DNA of 64,000 nt, from IMG/VR virus record IMGVR_UViG_3300044997_001199, positions 151,331 to 215,330 of that record, one strand, 5' to 3'. The translations under genes and the position numbers were made by a program. The notes below the pieces were generated by a model, which was not told where the DNA came from, did no database searches, and saw nothing but the letters and a program-made list of their open reading frames with translations. Shown here in pieces: positions 9,220 through 18,584 of this stretch. Positions within the stretch are counted from its first letter, which is position 1. The number at the start of each line of letters is the position of its first letter.

Positions 9220-11537
9220 AATTTACAGGATTCGCATCCTTCCTCGTCGATATATTCGTTTGATACCGGCAGCAACGATACGTCATTGTCTGCGGCCTTG
9301 GCACCTTGTTTGTTAACTAGACTGTAATAAAACGTCTTGAGACCCCAGCGATGTGCCTGCATGAGATTGCTAGCGATCAAGGTCGTGGGCACTTTTCTTT
9401 CAGAAAACCAAGCCGGGTTGTAAAATGTATTGGTCGAAATCGATTGGTCCACGTAGGCAGCAAGCACCGCAGCAGTTTTGATATACCCGATACAATCTGT
9501 TTGTTCCCACATCAGTTGATAGCGATTTTTTAGCTTGTGATACTCAGGAACCACCTGGGTAAATGATCCTGCCTTACTTTCCTTGGTAGAAATCAGGCTC
9601 ATGGGCAGTTCGATACCGTTGGTGCTATTGATTACCACTGATGATGACTCCACTGGAGCAATGGCCATCAAAGTGGCATTTCTCACTCCGTGTTGCTTCA
9701 TCAGATCGCGCAAGGGTTCCCAATCCAACTCAGGTGCAAAATCGGTCAATTCGTTGACCGCTTTGGCTCGTAGTTCCCAGGGGAATTTGCCTTGCCCGTA
9801 GCGAGTGCGATCGCTGTGCCGGCAAGCGCCGCGTTCCCGGGCCAATTCCACTGTGGACTCAGTGAGATAGTATGCCTGATGCTCCATCCAGGTCTTGACC
9901 TCTTGAAGGGCATCACTTTCGCCGTAGCGCAGGTTTCGCTTGGCATGCCAGTAGGCCAAGTTGGTTATGCCGATGCCCAGCGGCTGGATTTCTTCGTTGC
10001 TGAGCTTGCTCTGAATGCTGAGAAAATCTTGATAATCTAAAATATTGCACAGACTGCGCTGTAGTATACGACAGGCCCGACGCATGTCTTCGGGGTTGCG
10101 AAATGCTCCCCAATTGATAGAGCCCAATGTACACAGGGCGATACGGCCTTCGGGGTCGTCCAGTCGTTTGAACGGCCGGGTGGGCAGCAGGATTTCGCAG
10201 CAGAGGTTGCTCTGATAAATGGTGTGGTATCCCGGATCAAACGGTCCTTGATTCATGACATTGTCAATGAATACCAGATAGATACGTCCAGTGTCAGTGC
10301 GTTCTTTGAGTATGCCGCCCTTGAAAACTTCCTCTGCACTCATGACCTTTTTTCTCAATTCTGGCCTGCGTTCGTATTGTTGATAGAGTTCTTCAAACAA
10401 CACAGTGTCGCGATAGAATGCTTCGTAGAGATCAGGTACTTCGTTGGGATCAAAGAATGTGATGTTTCCGCGATTGCGAAATCTACGCCAGAACATGGCA
10501 TTGAGTACCACTCCATAGTCCATGTGCCGCACACGGGTCTCCTCGGTTCCCTGGTTGTTCTTCAACACAATGAGATCATCAAACTGATAGTGCCAGATTG
10601 GGTAGAACACCGTGGCCGATGCATTACGGATACCGCCCTGGCTACAACTGCGTAGATCGCCGAACCATTTCTTTAAAAATGGAATCATGCCAGTGTGCAT
10701 GATTTCGCCGCCGCGAATGGGTGCGCCCAGTGGACGCAGGCGACCAATTTCCAGACCAATGCCAGCACGTTTGCTAGCATACTTGGCCATCATCTCGCCG
10801 CTGGCAAATATACTGTCAAGATCGTCGTCGCTGCGGATGAGCACACACGAACTGAACTGCTTGGTGGGGGTGCCCAGGCCGGCCAACACCGGGGTAGCAA
10901 GAGTAAACAGCCCATCACTGGCACAGTTATAGTATTCCTTGATGTATCGCATGCGCGACGAATTGGGTTCTTCTCGGTGAAACACTGTTGCTGCAGCGAT
11001 CATGTATCTGACTTGAGGAGTCTCGTAGATTTCTTTGGTGGCTCGATTGCGCACCAGATATTTTTCTATCAACTGCTCGATAGCAGCGTATGAGTACTGC
11101 TCGTCCTTGCTGTGATCAATCATGGTGTCCATGCGATCCCAGTCGTCTTCGTTGTACCATTCCACCAGGTCGGGAGTATAGAAACCCACTGCGATGTTGC
11201 GTTTTACGATTTCGTAGAGACGAGTCGGAGCATAGGTGCCATAGACATCTTTGCGCAGCATGGAAACTCTCTGTTTGCCTGCTACATATTGATAATTGGT
11301 ATGTCCAACATCGGGATTGGCTTCCACATCAATAAGATCCACGATGGCTCGTAGCGTGATTCCGTCGATTTCGCGTGTAGAAATGCCATCATAGAAGTGC
11401 AACTGTGCCTTGATTTCGATCATTGACTGACTGACATCTGCTGTTCCTGCACAGACCTTGGCAATCTGTGCCTGCCACTTTTCCAGTGCCAAGGGTTCAC
11501 GTTGCCCGCTGCGTTTGACAACAGTTATGTTTTTCAT
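9216..11537 (-). CDS. nrdA: Class Ia ribonucleotide reductase alpha subunit with ATP cone
   Basis: VVKRSG ATP cone, QFSSCVLI, QSNLCCEI, IALCTLGSIN, LKTFYY, C-terminal CESCKL; start placed at MKNITVV. Confidence 0.96.
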   Translation of the reverse strand: MKNITVVKRSGQREPLALEKWQAQIAKVCAGTADVSQSMIEIKAQLHFYDGISTREIDGITLRAIVDLIDVEANPDVGHTNYQYVAGKQRVSMLRKDVYGTYAPTRLYEIVKRNIAVGFYTPDLVEWYNEDDWDRMDTMIDHSKDEQYSYAAIEQLIEKYLVRNRATKEIYETPQVRYMIAAATVFHREEPNSSRMRYIKEYYNCASDGLFTLATPVLAGLGTPTKQFSSCVLIRSDDDLDSIFASGEMMAKYASKRAGIGLEIGRLRPLGAPIRGGEIMHTGMIPFLKKWFGDLRSCSQGGIRNASATVFYPIWHYQFDDLIVLKNNQGTEETRVRHMDYGVVLNAMFWRRFRNRGNITFFDPNEVPDLYEAFYRDTVLFEELYQQYERRPELRKKVMSAEEVFKGGILKERTDTGRIYLVFIDNVMNQGPFDPGYHTIYQSNLCCEILLPTRPFKRLDDPEGRIALCTLGSINWGAFRNPEDMRRACRILQRSLCNILDYQDFLSIQSKLSNEEIQPLGIGITNLAYWHAKRNLRYGESDALQEVKTWMEHQAYYLTESTVELARERGACRHSDRTRYGQGKFPWELRAKAVNELTDFAPELDWEPLRDLMKQHGVRNATLMAIAPVESSSVVINSTNGIELPMSLISTKESKAGSFTQVVPEYHKLKNRYQLMWEQTDCIGYIKTAAVLAAYVDQSISTNTFYNPAWFSERKVPTTLIASNLMQAHRWGLKTFYYSLVNKQGAKAADNDVSLLPVSNEYIDEEGCESCKL

Positions 11538-11544
11538 TTTTTCC

Positions 11545-11970
11545 TTAGGTAATGCGTTTGACAATATCTTGTTGGGTGACACTGCGTTTAGTGGTCGGAC
11601 GATCTGGGCAGATATTTACGATGGTATCTGCTTCCCAATTAAGTGCATATTTTTCTTTATGCAGCAGGACTAAATTGTCCGCACCCACTTCAACCAATTT
11701 CGCATCCACGATGTCATTTCTTTCTAACATTGCTAGAGTATACATGATTCCCAAGCCTCTAGCAACATTGCAATATATGTTGTCCTGCAATAGTTGCCAG
11801 GGATTTGGCCATTCCCGCCGATCGTCCCAGTGTAGGTAGTAGGTGGTCCACGGGGCCCGGAACCACCAGTGATTCACACGGGCGAGACAGGATTCTAACT
11901 CAAGATCTAAGACCGTGGCACGTAGTTGTGCCCAGTCCGTGAGTCTGGACGTGAAATCAGTGTGCCACAT
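11545..11970 (-). CDS. Hypothetical protein, weak transglutaminase-like cysteine peptidase (BTLCP) resemblance
   Basis: W.NPWQLL....YC..A......YTL resembles BTLCP W.TP.E.L....GDCED.A..KY.TL. Confidence 0.4.
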   Translation of the reverse strand: MWHTDFTSRLTDWAQLRATVLDLELESCLARVNHWWFRAPWTTYYLHWDDRREWPNPWQLLQDNIYCNVARGLGIMYTLAMLERNDIVDAKLVEVGADNLVLLHKEKYALNWEADTIVNICPDRPTTKRSVTQQDIVKRIT

Positions 11971-13778
11971 CAGGCCAGATGGTTTAAACTGTAGTAGATA
12001 ATACCACTGGTTCCAGTCGACGATGCACTGTAGAAAACTGTTGTCACATTTCCTGCGATCGGATCATATGATTCAGAAACTGATAGTTGTACCTGTGGGT
12101 CCAAATTCTCAACATAATCGTCGCTGTAGGTTGCCACCGCCAGAGAACTGTCATCTGCACTGCCGCCCACTGATGTGAGTGTTCCGGTGCGTACGCAGCC
12201 TAGCTCTCCAATGGTTCGAGTTATGGTATAATCCATACGGAAAGCCAGGAACCCACCATTGGCCACTGATCTGTCCAATGATACTGCAAACAGTGTCTGA
12301 TCCGTGGCTCCATCTGTTATTGTTGCTTGCTGTCCGGATTCTCGTACATAGGACCCCATCTGTATGTACTGCCCGCCCGATGTAACGATGCTGGTAGGAA
12401 TCGTCACATCAAACAGATAGATCCTGGGGTATCCTGGACTTATCTGTGTTTGTGCGACTGTGCGCTGGAAAGTGTCGCCCAGGCTGATGTTGTCATTGGC
12501 ATTGATAGAGATTATCGGTGTGGCAGGATTGGCATTGCCAAAGAAATGGTTGCCCACATCGTAAAATGTGTTGTAGGCCGTGGCATTGAACGAACAATTT
12601 TCAATAATCACGCCTTCCTCATAGATGTTGTCAAAAATGTTTTGTACGATCCGGAATCCAGTGGGGCCGCCGTTGACCGGAGCCGCGTCACCCAGCACTA
12701 TGCCCTGGTATAGAGTATCAAACTGACCGTTGCTCACTGTGACACCGTGTGTGGCCTGATCGGTGTTGATCGCATAAGTGACTCCGACAAATCGACACTT
12801 GTCAAGAATGACCTGTCGGCAAGTACGAGCAGATGTGCTCGAAAAACGCACCGCAGCTAGATCTTCGGTAGCAGTGCCAAGCGATGACTGATCCAGCGGG
12901 CCTTGAAAATCCACACTGTCCAGATAAATCTGATCGATCTGTTCCAGCAAACATATGTTATGAGAAACCGACGAGTCGTTTCCACTGGTCGCAGTGCGCA
13001 GTGCCATGCTAGAAATTTCCACATTGGTAGGATAAGTGGCACCGGCCAGACCGATGTTGACCCCGGTCTGTTGTTTGCTGTCTGTGGTGCGAACCACATA
13101 TTCCGGCAATGAAACCGGCGACCAGTACTCTGTATCGTTGAGCAAGATTCCAGTGGCCGGGACCGGCGACGTGCTACGATAATAGTTGTCCAGCTCGTCA
13201 GCTACCAGCACACCTCCTGCGTAGGCAGTGTTGGCAGCCCAAAGAACGACTTCAAAACTGATGATAGAACTGCTAGCGCCTTCGCCGTAGAGTTTGGCAT
13301 AGGGCGGAATCAACAGAGTATTGGAAATCTTGTAGGTTCCGGCCGGAAAAAACAAACTGCGACGAATCTGAGTGTTGGATTGCACACAGTATAACTGGAA
13401 CAGTGCGCGATTAATGGCTGCGGTGTCATCTGTAGCCCCATCGCCGCGCGCACCAAAATCGGTCACGATGGCATAACTATCCAGCCGACTCTGTAGACTC
13501 TGGCTGATTGGCGTGCCCGGGGTGGGTCCAGTTTGCGCTGTGTACCCTGCTGCATCGCCTCGGTAGGTATAGGCCGTGGTAAATGCCAACAGGTCAGAAA
13601 ATTCCGTGAGAATTTCGGTATTTCCGACCACCGGGGCACCTTCGGCCAGAGTACCGTTGCCGATGTAGAGACGGCGCTGATCCACAGCCCAGCCAAGCTC
13701 TGCGCCGGCCAACGGTTGTGGAAGGTCTTCCTCTAGACCTTTGCGTTGGGTGATTCTACTTACTTGTACTATTGCCAC
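11970..13778 (-). CDS. Virion structural/tail protein with pectate-lyase-3-like beta-helix
   Basis: N-terminal LAGAELGWAVDQRRLYIGNG tail-fibre head motif; DFGARGDGATDDTAAINRA and FFPAGTYKIS. Confidence 0.8.
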   Translation of the reverse strand: MAIVQVSRITQRKGLEEDLPQPLAGAELGWAVDQRRLYIGNGTLAEGAPVVGNTEILTEFSDLLAFTTAYTYRGDAAGYTAQTGPTPGTPISQSLQSRLDSYAIVTDFGARGDGATDDTAAINRALFQLYCVQSNTQIRRSLFFPAGTYKISNTLLIPPYAKLYGEGASSSIISFEVVLWAANTAYAGGVLVADELDNYYRSTSPVPATGILLNDTEYWSPVSLPEYVVRTTDSKQQTGVNIGLAGATYPTNVEISSMALRTATSGNDSSVSHNICLLEQIDQIYLDSVDFQGPLDQSSLGTATEDLAAVRFSSTSARTCRQVILDKCRFVGVTYAINTDQATHGVTVSNGQFDTLYQGIVLGDAAPVNGGPTGFRIVQNIFDNIYEEGVIIENCSFNATAYNTFYDVGNHFFGNANPATPIISINANDNISLGDTFQRTVAQTQISPGYPRIYLFDVTIPTSIVTSGGQYIQMGSYVRESGQQATITDGATDQTLFAVSLDRSVANGGFLAFRMDYTITRTIGELGCVRTGTLTSVGGSADDSSLAVATYSDDYVENLDPQVQLSVSESYDPIAGNVTTVFYSASSTGTSGIIYYSLNHLA

Positions 13779-13797
13779 AATGGTGTTCCTTGAACGA

Positions 13798-14514
13798 TCA
13801 CATATTTAGTATGTAGTATTGTTCGACTCTTTTCCACCAGGCCCGAGTCCAGTGTTGAAATTCGGCACCTTCAATTACCCACTGCTGATACTGAGGCGGG
13901 GTGCTGTAAACTCCTGATTGAGTTTCTGTGGGCTTTACACACATCAGGATCACTCCGCGTTGTATGTGTGTGCCATGGATTTCGTTGTGCGCTTCGGCAT
14001 AGGCCGCCAGTTGCAGTTTGTAATCGTCGATCCATTCCTCGCGCTTGGGACGATTGCTTTGTTTAAAATCCATGATGGCCGGTGTGCCTTGGTGCAGACC
14101 CACGCAATCAGTGGTACCTGCGTAAACCCGAGGAAAATACAAAGGAACTTCTATGCCCCAATATTCTGTGACTTGACTGAGTCCGTGTTCTATCACGGTC
14201 TGTGCCATGTCGTGGCTGGGCCACGAAAACGGATTTGGTCCTCGCTCTTTCATGGCACCGTTGCGAACATAGTGCTCGAGATAGGTGTGCATGCGAGTGC
14301 CGCGATTGGCTGCTTCTGTGGTTATGGCCTGTGCCTGTGCATGACCCACGCGATCGCGCCAGGCTTGCAAGGCTTGGCGTTTTTTCTCGGGTTGTGTGCG
14401 ATCAAGAATGGTAGTGACCGAGGGCAATCGATCGCCAGTGGGAGTAGCGTATAGGCGCTGCCCGTTGACTGTTTCTCGAGTTAGTGCCTGATAATCAAAT
14501 TTTGTGGCGATCAA
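13798..14514 (-). CDS. PD-(D/E)XK exonuclease (MGME1/Cas4-like phage exonuclease)
   Basis: LPSVTTIL, RGTRMH..LE, YAGTTDC, IMDFKQS, QLAAY; TTG start coupled to the iscA stop. Confidence 0.85.
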   Translation of the reverse strand: MIATKFDYQALTRETVNGQRLYATPTGDRLPSVTTILDRTQPEKKRQALQAWRDRVGHAQAQAITTEAANRGTRMHTYLEHYVRNGAMKERGPNPFSWPSHDMAQTVIEHGLSQVTEYWGIEVPLYFPRVYAGTTDCVGLHQGTPAIMDFKQSNRPKREEWIDDYKLQLAAYAEAHNEIHGTHIQRGVILMCVKPTETQSGVYSTPPQYQQWVIEGAEFQHWTRAWWKRVEQYYILNM

Positions 14515-14837
14515 ACGGAAAAACTTTCTCCACAGCCACATCTGGCACTTTCATTGGGGTTAATAAACTCAAACCCTTCATTTAATCCCTTTTTAGTCCA
14601 GTCCATGGTCAGGCCCTGGAGGTACACCAGGCTTTTACCATCGGCCCAGACTGAAACTCCATGACTTTCATAATGAAAATGGTCACAGGTGGTGGGTGAG
14701 TGGTCCACATACTCCAGAGTGTATGCCAGGCCAGAGCAGCCAGTGGTTCTTACTCCAACCAAGATACCTAGACCTTTACCTCTTTTATCCAGGGATTCTC
14801 TGACCTTTGCAGCGGCTGTTTCAGTTAAAGAAATCAT
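14511..14837 (-). CDS. iscA: Fe-S cluster assembly A-type carrier IscA
   Basis: MISLTETAA, GCSGLAY, C-terminal NPN....CGCGESF. Confidence 0.95.
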   Translation of the reverse strand: MISLTETAAAKVRESLDKRGKGLGILVGVRTTGCSGLAYTLEYVDHSPTTCDHFHYESHGVSVWADGKSLVYLQGLTMDWTKKGLNEGFEFINPNESARCGCGESFSV

Positions 14838-15211
14838 TAATGTTTTTTTCGATAATCGGTTATAGCAGCTCGGATCGCGTCTTCGGCAAGAATCGAGCAA
14901 TGTATTTTAACTGGAGGGAGTGCAAGATGTTCGGCGATTTCAGTATTCTTGATAGTTGCTGCTTGGTCCAGAGTCTTACCTTTGACCCACTCCGTAACGA
15001 GTGATGAACTTGCGATAGCCGAGCCGCAGCCATAGGTCTTGAATTTCGCATCAGTGATTACTCCATCCTCTACTTTGATCTGCAGTTTCATGACATCGCC
15101 GCAGGCCGGCGCACCTACCATGCCGGTTCCTACTCCTGCTTCGTCCGTGTCAAACGTGCCCACGTTTCGGGGATTCTCATAATGATCAATGACTTTTTCT
15201 GAATATGCCAT
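14837..15211 (-). CDS. iscU: Fe-S scaffold IscU
   Basis: MAYSEKVIDHYENPRNVG, GAPACGD, GCGSAIAS, LPPVKIHCS. Confidence 0.97.
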   Translation of the reverse strand: MAYSEKVIDHYENPRNVGTFDTDEAGVGTGMVGAPACGDVMKLQIKVEDGVITDAKFKTYGCGSAIASSSLVTEWVKGKTLDQAATIKNTEIAEHLALPPVKIHCSILAEDAIRAAITDYRKKH

Positions 15212-15229
15212 CGTATTCTCCTATACCAA

Positions 15230-15258
15230 ATAGTAAACAACTTGTCATGAGTTGTCAA
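15230..15258 (-). promoter_or_regulatory. Sigma70-type promoter for iscU-iscA with overlapping inverted repeat
   Basis: Minus strand TTGACA-N17-TACTAT; ACAACT-N7-AGTTGT palindrome overlaps the -35 and spacer. Confidence 0.6.
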
Positions 15259-15337
15259 GGGGATTTGAGCATGGATATTTATGATGCCCATGCTCTGTGT
15301 GTTGAGCATCAAAACCCGACTCGGAATCGTGTTTGTT

Positions 15338-15448
15338 TTATTTTTGCCAGAGCGTCTTGAGACGATCAGTCCAGGGCCTGGCCCAGGGAGGTTGTGGCCA
15401 ATGCCATCCTGCAACGATACCAACGATCAACCAAAATAACCACGACAT
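15338..15448 (-). CDS. 36-aa Trp/Pro-rich membrane peptide
   Basis: MSWLFWLIVGIVAGWHWPQPPWARPWTDRLKTLWQK with AAGGAG SD. Confidence 0.65.
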   Translation of the reverse strand: MSWLFWLIVGIVAGWHWPQPPWARPWTDRLKTLWQK

Positions 15449-15449
15449 A

Positions 15450-15794
15450 TCAATCTCCTTTTTTAGAGGCCCGCTTGGCCATGCGTGACACAATATCCCG
15501 GGCCTTGTCCACCGGCATTTTGACATCGGTGGATTCGCCGCCTTTGAATACCACGACTCCTGACGCAGGATTCAACGGTTCCAACACATTGCTGAGAGGT
15601 GGCCGAGATATCATGTCACCAAGATTCGAGGCAGTGACGTTGATACCCAGCTGCCGAGCCATGTTTATAAACGCTATCTGACTTATGTGTTTTTTGGTTG
15701 CAGTATCTTGGGCACGCCCTGCCAAAAATTCAACCAGACCCAGTAACTTGGCCGTTTCGGGATCCATGCCGAAATCGACTTCCAGTATGAGCAT
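15450..15794 (-). CDS. Hypothetical protein (possible head-associated)
   Basis: 114 aa, starts MLILEV, in late operon. Confidence 0.6.
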   Translation of the reverse strand: MLILEVDFGMDPETAKLLGLVEFLAGRAQDTATKKHISQIAFINMARQLGINVTASNLGDMISRPPLSNVLEPLNPASGVVVFKGGESTDVKMPVDKARDIVSRMAKRASKKGD

Positions 15795-15796
15795 GT

Positions 15797-16909
15797 TTAT
15801 CTGCGAGCTCGACCCAGCGTGCCTTTGGTGCCCATGGACTTTCCGTCAGCAGGCTCTTCCGTGTCCAGATCAGTGTCCACAGCAAGGTCCATGCTGTTGT
15901 CAGGAGGCATGGACATGTTGGTGTTGCCGGCGTCCATGGCTGCGTCCAAGGTCGGCGTCGCTGGCTGTTGTCCTGTGACAATCCCCAAGGCCACTTCCAA
16001 CTGTTGTTTGGCAGCCTGTAGGTTTTTTACTAGACCAGTCAGTGCCGCAGTGGCATCGGTATTGAATTGATTGGCCTGATCCATGCCGGTTTGGTTACGT
16101 ATAGAATCTACCAAGGCCGGTAATTCTTTGAACTGCATCTCAGTGGTGTCCTCCAGCATGCCTTGCATCTTGTCTACCATGTCCTGAGCGGCCAGCACTA
16201 CCTGTGCTTGCTGCACTTCGCTTTCGTTGAGAGTGCGATAGGCACTGCGCAGGCGGTTTTCTTGTTGCATCAACGCAGCACTGACCACGAGTTTTTGTTC
16301 GTCGGGGCTGAGGGTTTGACCACTCTGGCTCTTCTTGAGCGCAGCAGCCAATTTGGGATCCTTGACGTTGACCGCAGGCTTGGCAGCAGCAGGCTTGGCC
16401 GCGGCCGAACCTGATGATTGGGCAGAGGTAGCCGCACCTGTGGTAGGTACCATTTCTTCACGGATTTCTTGTTGCATCAACGCAGCACTGACCACGAGTT
16501 TTTGTTCGTCGGGGCTGAGGGTTTGACCACTCTGGCTCTTCTTGAGCGCAGCAGCCAATTTGGGATCCTTGACGTTGACCGCAGGCTTGGCAGCAGCAGG
16601 CTTGGCTGCGGCCGAACCTGATGATTGGGCAGAGGTAGCCGCACCTGTGGTAGGTACCATTTCTTCACGGACTCGACTGGCCAACGCAGTTTCCATCACT
16701 ACCAACTTGAGATATGCCGGGTCCTGCTCACGAAAATGATGAATCACAGTTTGTTTGTGTTCTTGCATGAGACCCCGCACGCGATCTAACATCTGGCAGG
16801 CCTGGCGCAGCGTCAGCTGGTCAAATGCGATACGAGTCCCAAAGTGATTTTCAAATACCTTGGTAGCATGGCACACTGGATCAGACGCAGCGAGTTCTTG
16901 CAGTTTCAT
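15797..16909 (-). CDS. Hypothetical protein, possible prohead core/scaffold-like, with 69-aa duplication
   Basis: Helical Q/A/E-rich, starts MKLQEL, internal LNE/IRE/VRE motifs, TAAATA upstream at 16933-16938. Confidence 0.6.
   Translation of the reverse strand: MKLQELAASDPVCHATKVFENHFGTRIAFDQLTLRQACQMLDRVRGLMQEHKQTVIHHFREQDPAYLKLVVMETALASRVREEMVPTTGAATSAQSSGSAAAKPAAAKPAVNVKDPKLAAALKKSQSGQTLSPDEQKLVVSAALMQQEIREEMVPTTGAATSAQSSGSAAAKPAAAKPAVNVKDPKLAAALKKSQSGQTLSPDEQKLVVSAALMQQENRLRSAYRTLNESEVQQAQVVLAAQDMVDKMQGMLEDTTEMQFKELPALVDSIRNQTGMDQANQFNTDATAALTGLVKNLQAAKQQLEVALGIVTGQQPATPTLDAAMDAGNTNMSMPPDNSMDLAVDTDLDTEEPADGKSMGTKGTLGRARR
16258..16671. repeat. 207-bp tandem duplication (16258-16464, 16465-16671)
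   Basis: Two copies identical except C16400/T16607 (synonymous). Confidence 0.95.
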
Positions 16910-17357
16910 TTTGGAATCCTCTAAGTTGTAAGTATTTAGTCAGTGAGATACATTTTTCTAACTGGTTGTTGATCTGTGCACGATAAAGATTTTTGGCCTG
17001 CAGTTTGGTCAGTACTCGATCGCGAAACTGCGGTTGTGAGCTGTGCAGTGCCAATTTTTTTCTTGCTTCGCAGTCTTGTTCAACAGTCGAATGTTGCTGA
17101 TCCAGCATGGCGATGCTAGCGGCAAGATCGTGCCGTTGGAGATTTTTGGCCACGCACCAACTCAGTGCCACTCGGCGATCGCTGAAATCGCCGAGCACAT
17201 TGCTCATCGCCAACACACGACAACCATGTTTGGTAGGCCGCAGGGTGAATTTACCAAACGCTATCACGTCACGGCCGTCACCGGGCACTATGATCTGACC
17301 AAGATATCGGTTCAGTTCGCGCTCGGCCCAGTGCTGTATTCGAGAATCTACATTCAT
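16881..17357 (-). CDS. Hypothetical protein
   Basis: ORF coupled to neighbours; start placed at MNVDSR. Confidence 0.6.
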   Translation of the reverse strand: MNVDSRIQHWAERELNRYLGQIIVPGDGRDVIAFGKFTLRPTKHGCRVLAMSNVLGDFSDRRVALSWCVAKNLQRHDLAASIAMLDQQHSTVEQDCEARKKLALHSSQPQFRDRVLTKLQAKNLYRAQINNQLEKCISLTKYLQLRGFQNETARTRCV

Positions 17358-17620
17358 AGAGTCCTGACGTACTGACTTGTCAACCAACCAATCACTGCCA
17401 GCAATACGCCGATGAGGCTGACCCCCCAGCCTATGAGTTGACTGTTGTGCTTTTCGGACATCGAGGTCACCATGTCAGCCACTTCCTTGACCAGGCGCTC
17501 CATGCTCGTGAGTTTTTCCTCCACGGTTTCCAGTTTGAGTTCCAGCATCTTGTAACGCTCGGCACAAAGTTCCACGTGTGCTTCAAGGCTCTTTTTTTCT
17601 ATGTCGCGAGTATCGCTCAT
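17354..17620 (-). CDS. Small coiled-coil protein with C-terminal TM helix (holin/XhlA-like architecture)
   Basis: LEAHVELCAERY, coiled coil, then LIGWGVSLIGVLLAVIGWL; GGAG SD and TAAATA upstream. Confidence 0.6.
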   Translation of the reverse strand: MSDTRDIEKKSLEAHVELCAERYKMLELKLETVEEKLTSMERLVKEVADMVTSMSEKHNSQLIGWGVSLIGVLLAVIGWLTSQYVRTL

Positions 17621-17621
17621 G

Positions 17622-18044
17622 TCAAATCTCCGTTAACGTATTTACCGATTGGAACCAAATATTGCGGTCAGGATCCTGGATCGACACAACAGATTTTACC
17701 CCGGGCGATTCGTCCAGGTTAGTGATCATAGGAATACCCTCGCAGTCGCGATATAGATCTTCCAATTCTGAGCCACCAAACACTCCGTCATTTTCAACAG
17801 TAAATTCAAAACACCAGTGAGTGTCAATCTTGACCGGCACAGAAATGTCCTGCGGTTGGCATCTCAATCCGATGATTTGCAGCAAGGTTTCCCAGTTGCG
17901 CTGTTGATTTCGACTGCGATTCCAAGACTGCTGACCATCCACTAGGTTTCCGTTTCGATCACGGAATGGAATCTGCGCGACACGGTAGTGGCCAATCACG
18001 CCTGTGGCTGCACAGTCAAACAGAGTTTTGCATCGAAATCGCAT
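17622..18044 (-). CDS. Hypothetical protein
   Basis: Start MRFRCKTLFD just after TAAATA (18052-18057); RNQQRNWETLLQIIGLR. Confidence 0.6.
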   Translation of the reverse strand: MRFRCKTLFDCAATGVIGHYRVAQIPFRDRNGNLVDGQQSWNRSRNQQRNWETLLQIIGLRCQPQDISVPVKIDTHWCFEFTVENDGVFGGSELEDLYRDCEGIPMITNLDESPGVKSVVSIQDPDRNIWFQSVNTLTEI

Positions 18045-18062
18045 GGCAAGATATTTAACGGC

Positions 18063-18094
18063 AAACAAAAACCCCGGATTTTTATATCCGGGGT
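18063..18094 (-). terminator. Rho-independent terminator
   Basis: ACCCCGGAT/ATCCGGGGT stem followed by a U-tract on the minus strand. Confidence 0.8.
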
Positions 18095-18117
18095 CATTGT
18101 GCAACTGCTGACAACTA

Positions 18118-18516
18118 TTACGATGTGGCTAACTTGAAACCAACACTGGCAGCCGAATCCAGTTGGAAGCCAGTGTAAGTCACATTGGCAGCCGACAGCA
18201 GAGTTGCGGCGTTGGCATATGCGCCGGCAGGGTAGATGCCCAGCGACAAGCGTGTTCCGTCGACTTGATAGAAAGCCAGGGTCGAAGTCTGTTGCACTGC
18301 TTGCAGAACGGCAGCAACGTAACCGTTGGCCGAACCGATCACACCCTGTTGTGTGGCCATGGTAGCATTAGCGGTAAGCGAGAAGAAGTCTAGCTTGGGA
18401 CCGGCCATGTTGACCGGAGTACCGGCAGTGGCCGTGGTAGGAGCGATATGACCGTTTTGTACGTCGATCGCAAATACTGGTTGTGCATCACCATTTACAC
18501 GAGTTAATGAAGCCAT
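18118..18516 (-). CDS. Probable abundant virion structural protein
   Basis: 132 aa A/T/G-rich; own TAAATA (18556-18561), AAGGAG SD and terminator. Confidence 0.6.
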   Translation of the reverse strand: MASLTRVNGDAQPVFAIDVQNGHIAPTTATAGTPVNMAGPKLDFFSLTANATMATQQGVIGSANGYVAAVLQAVQQTSTLAFYQVDGTRLSLGIYPAGAYANAATLLSAANVTYTGFQLDSAASVGFKLATS

Positions 18517-18584
18517 TTTGTTTCTCCTTGATATATGGGGATTGACCCCTACTGTTATTTAGCGCCCGGACCAAAAATCAAAAC

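Noticed and set aside
9216-11537. Intein or intron in nrdA (also considered for the helicase and ligase)
   Set aside because: Lengths are ordinary and motifs contiguous
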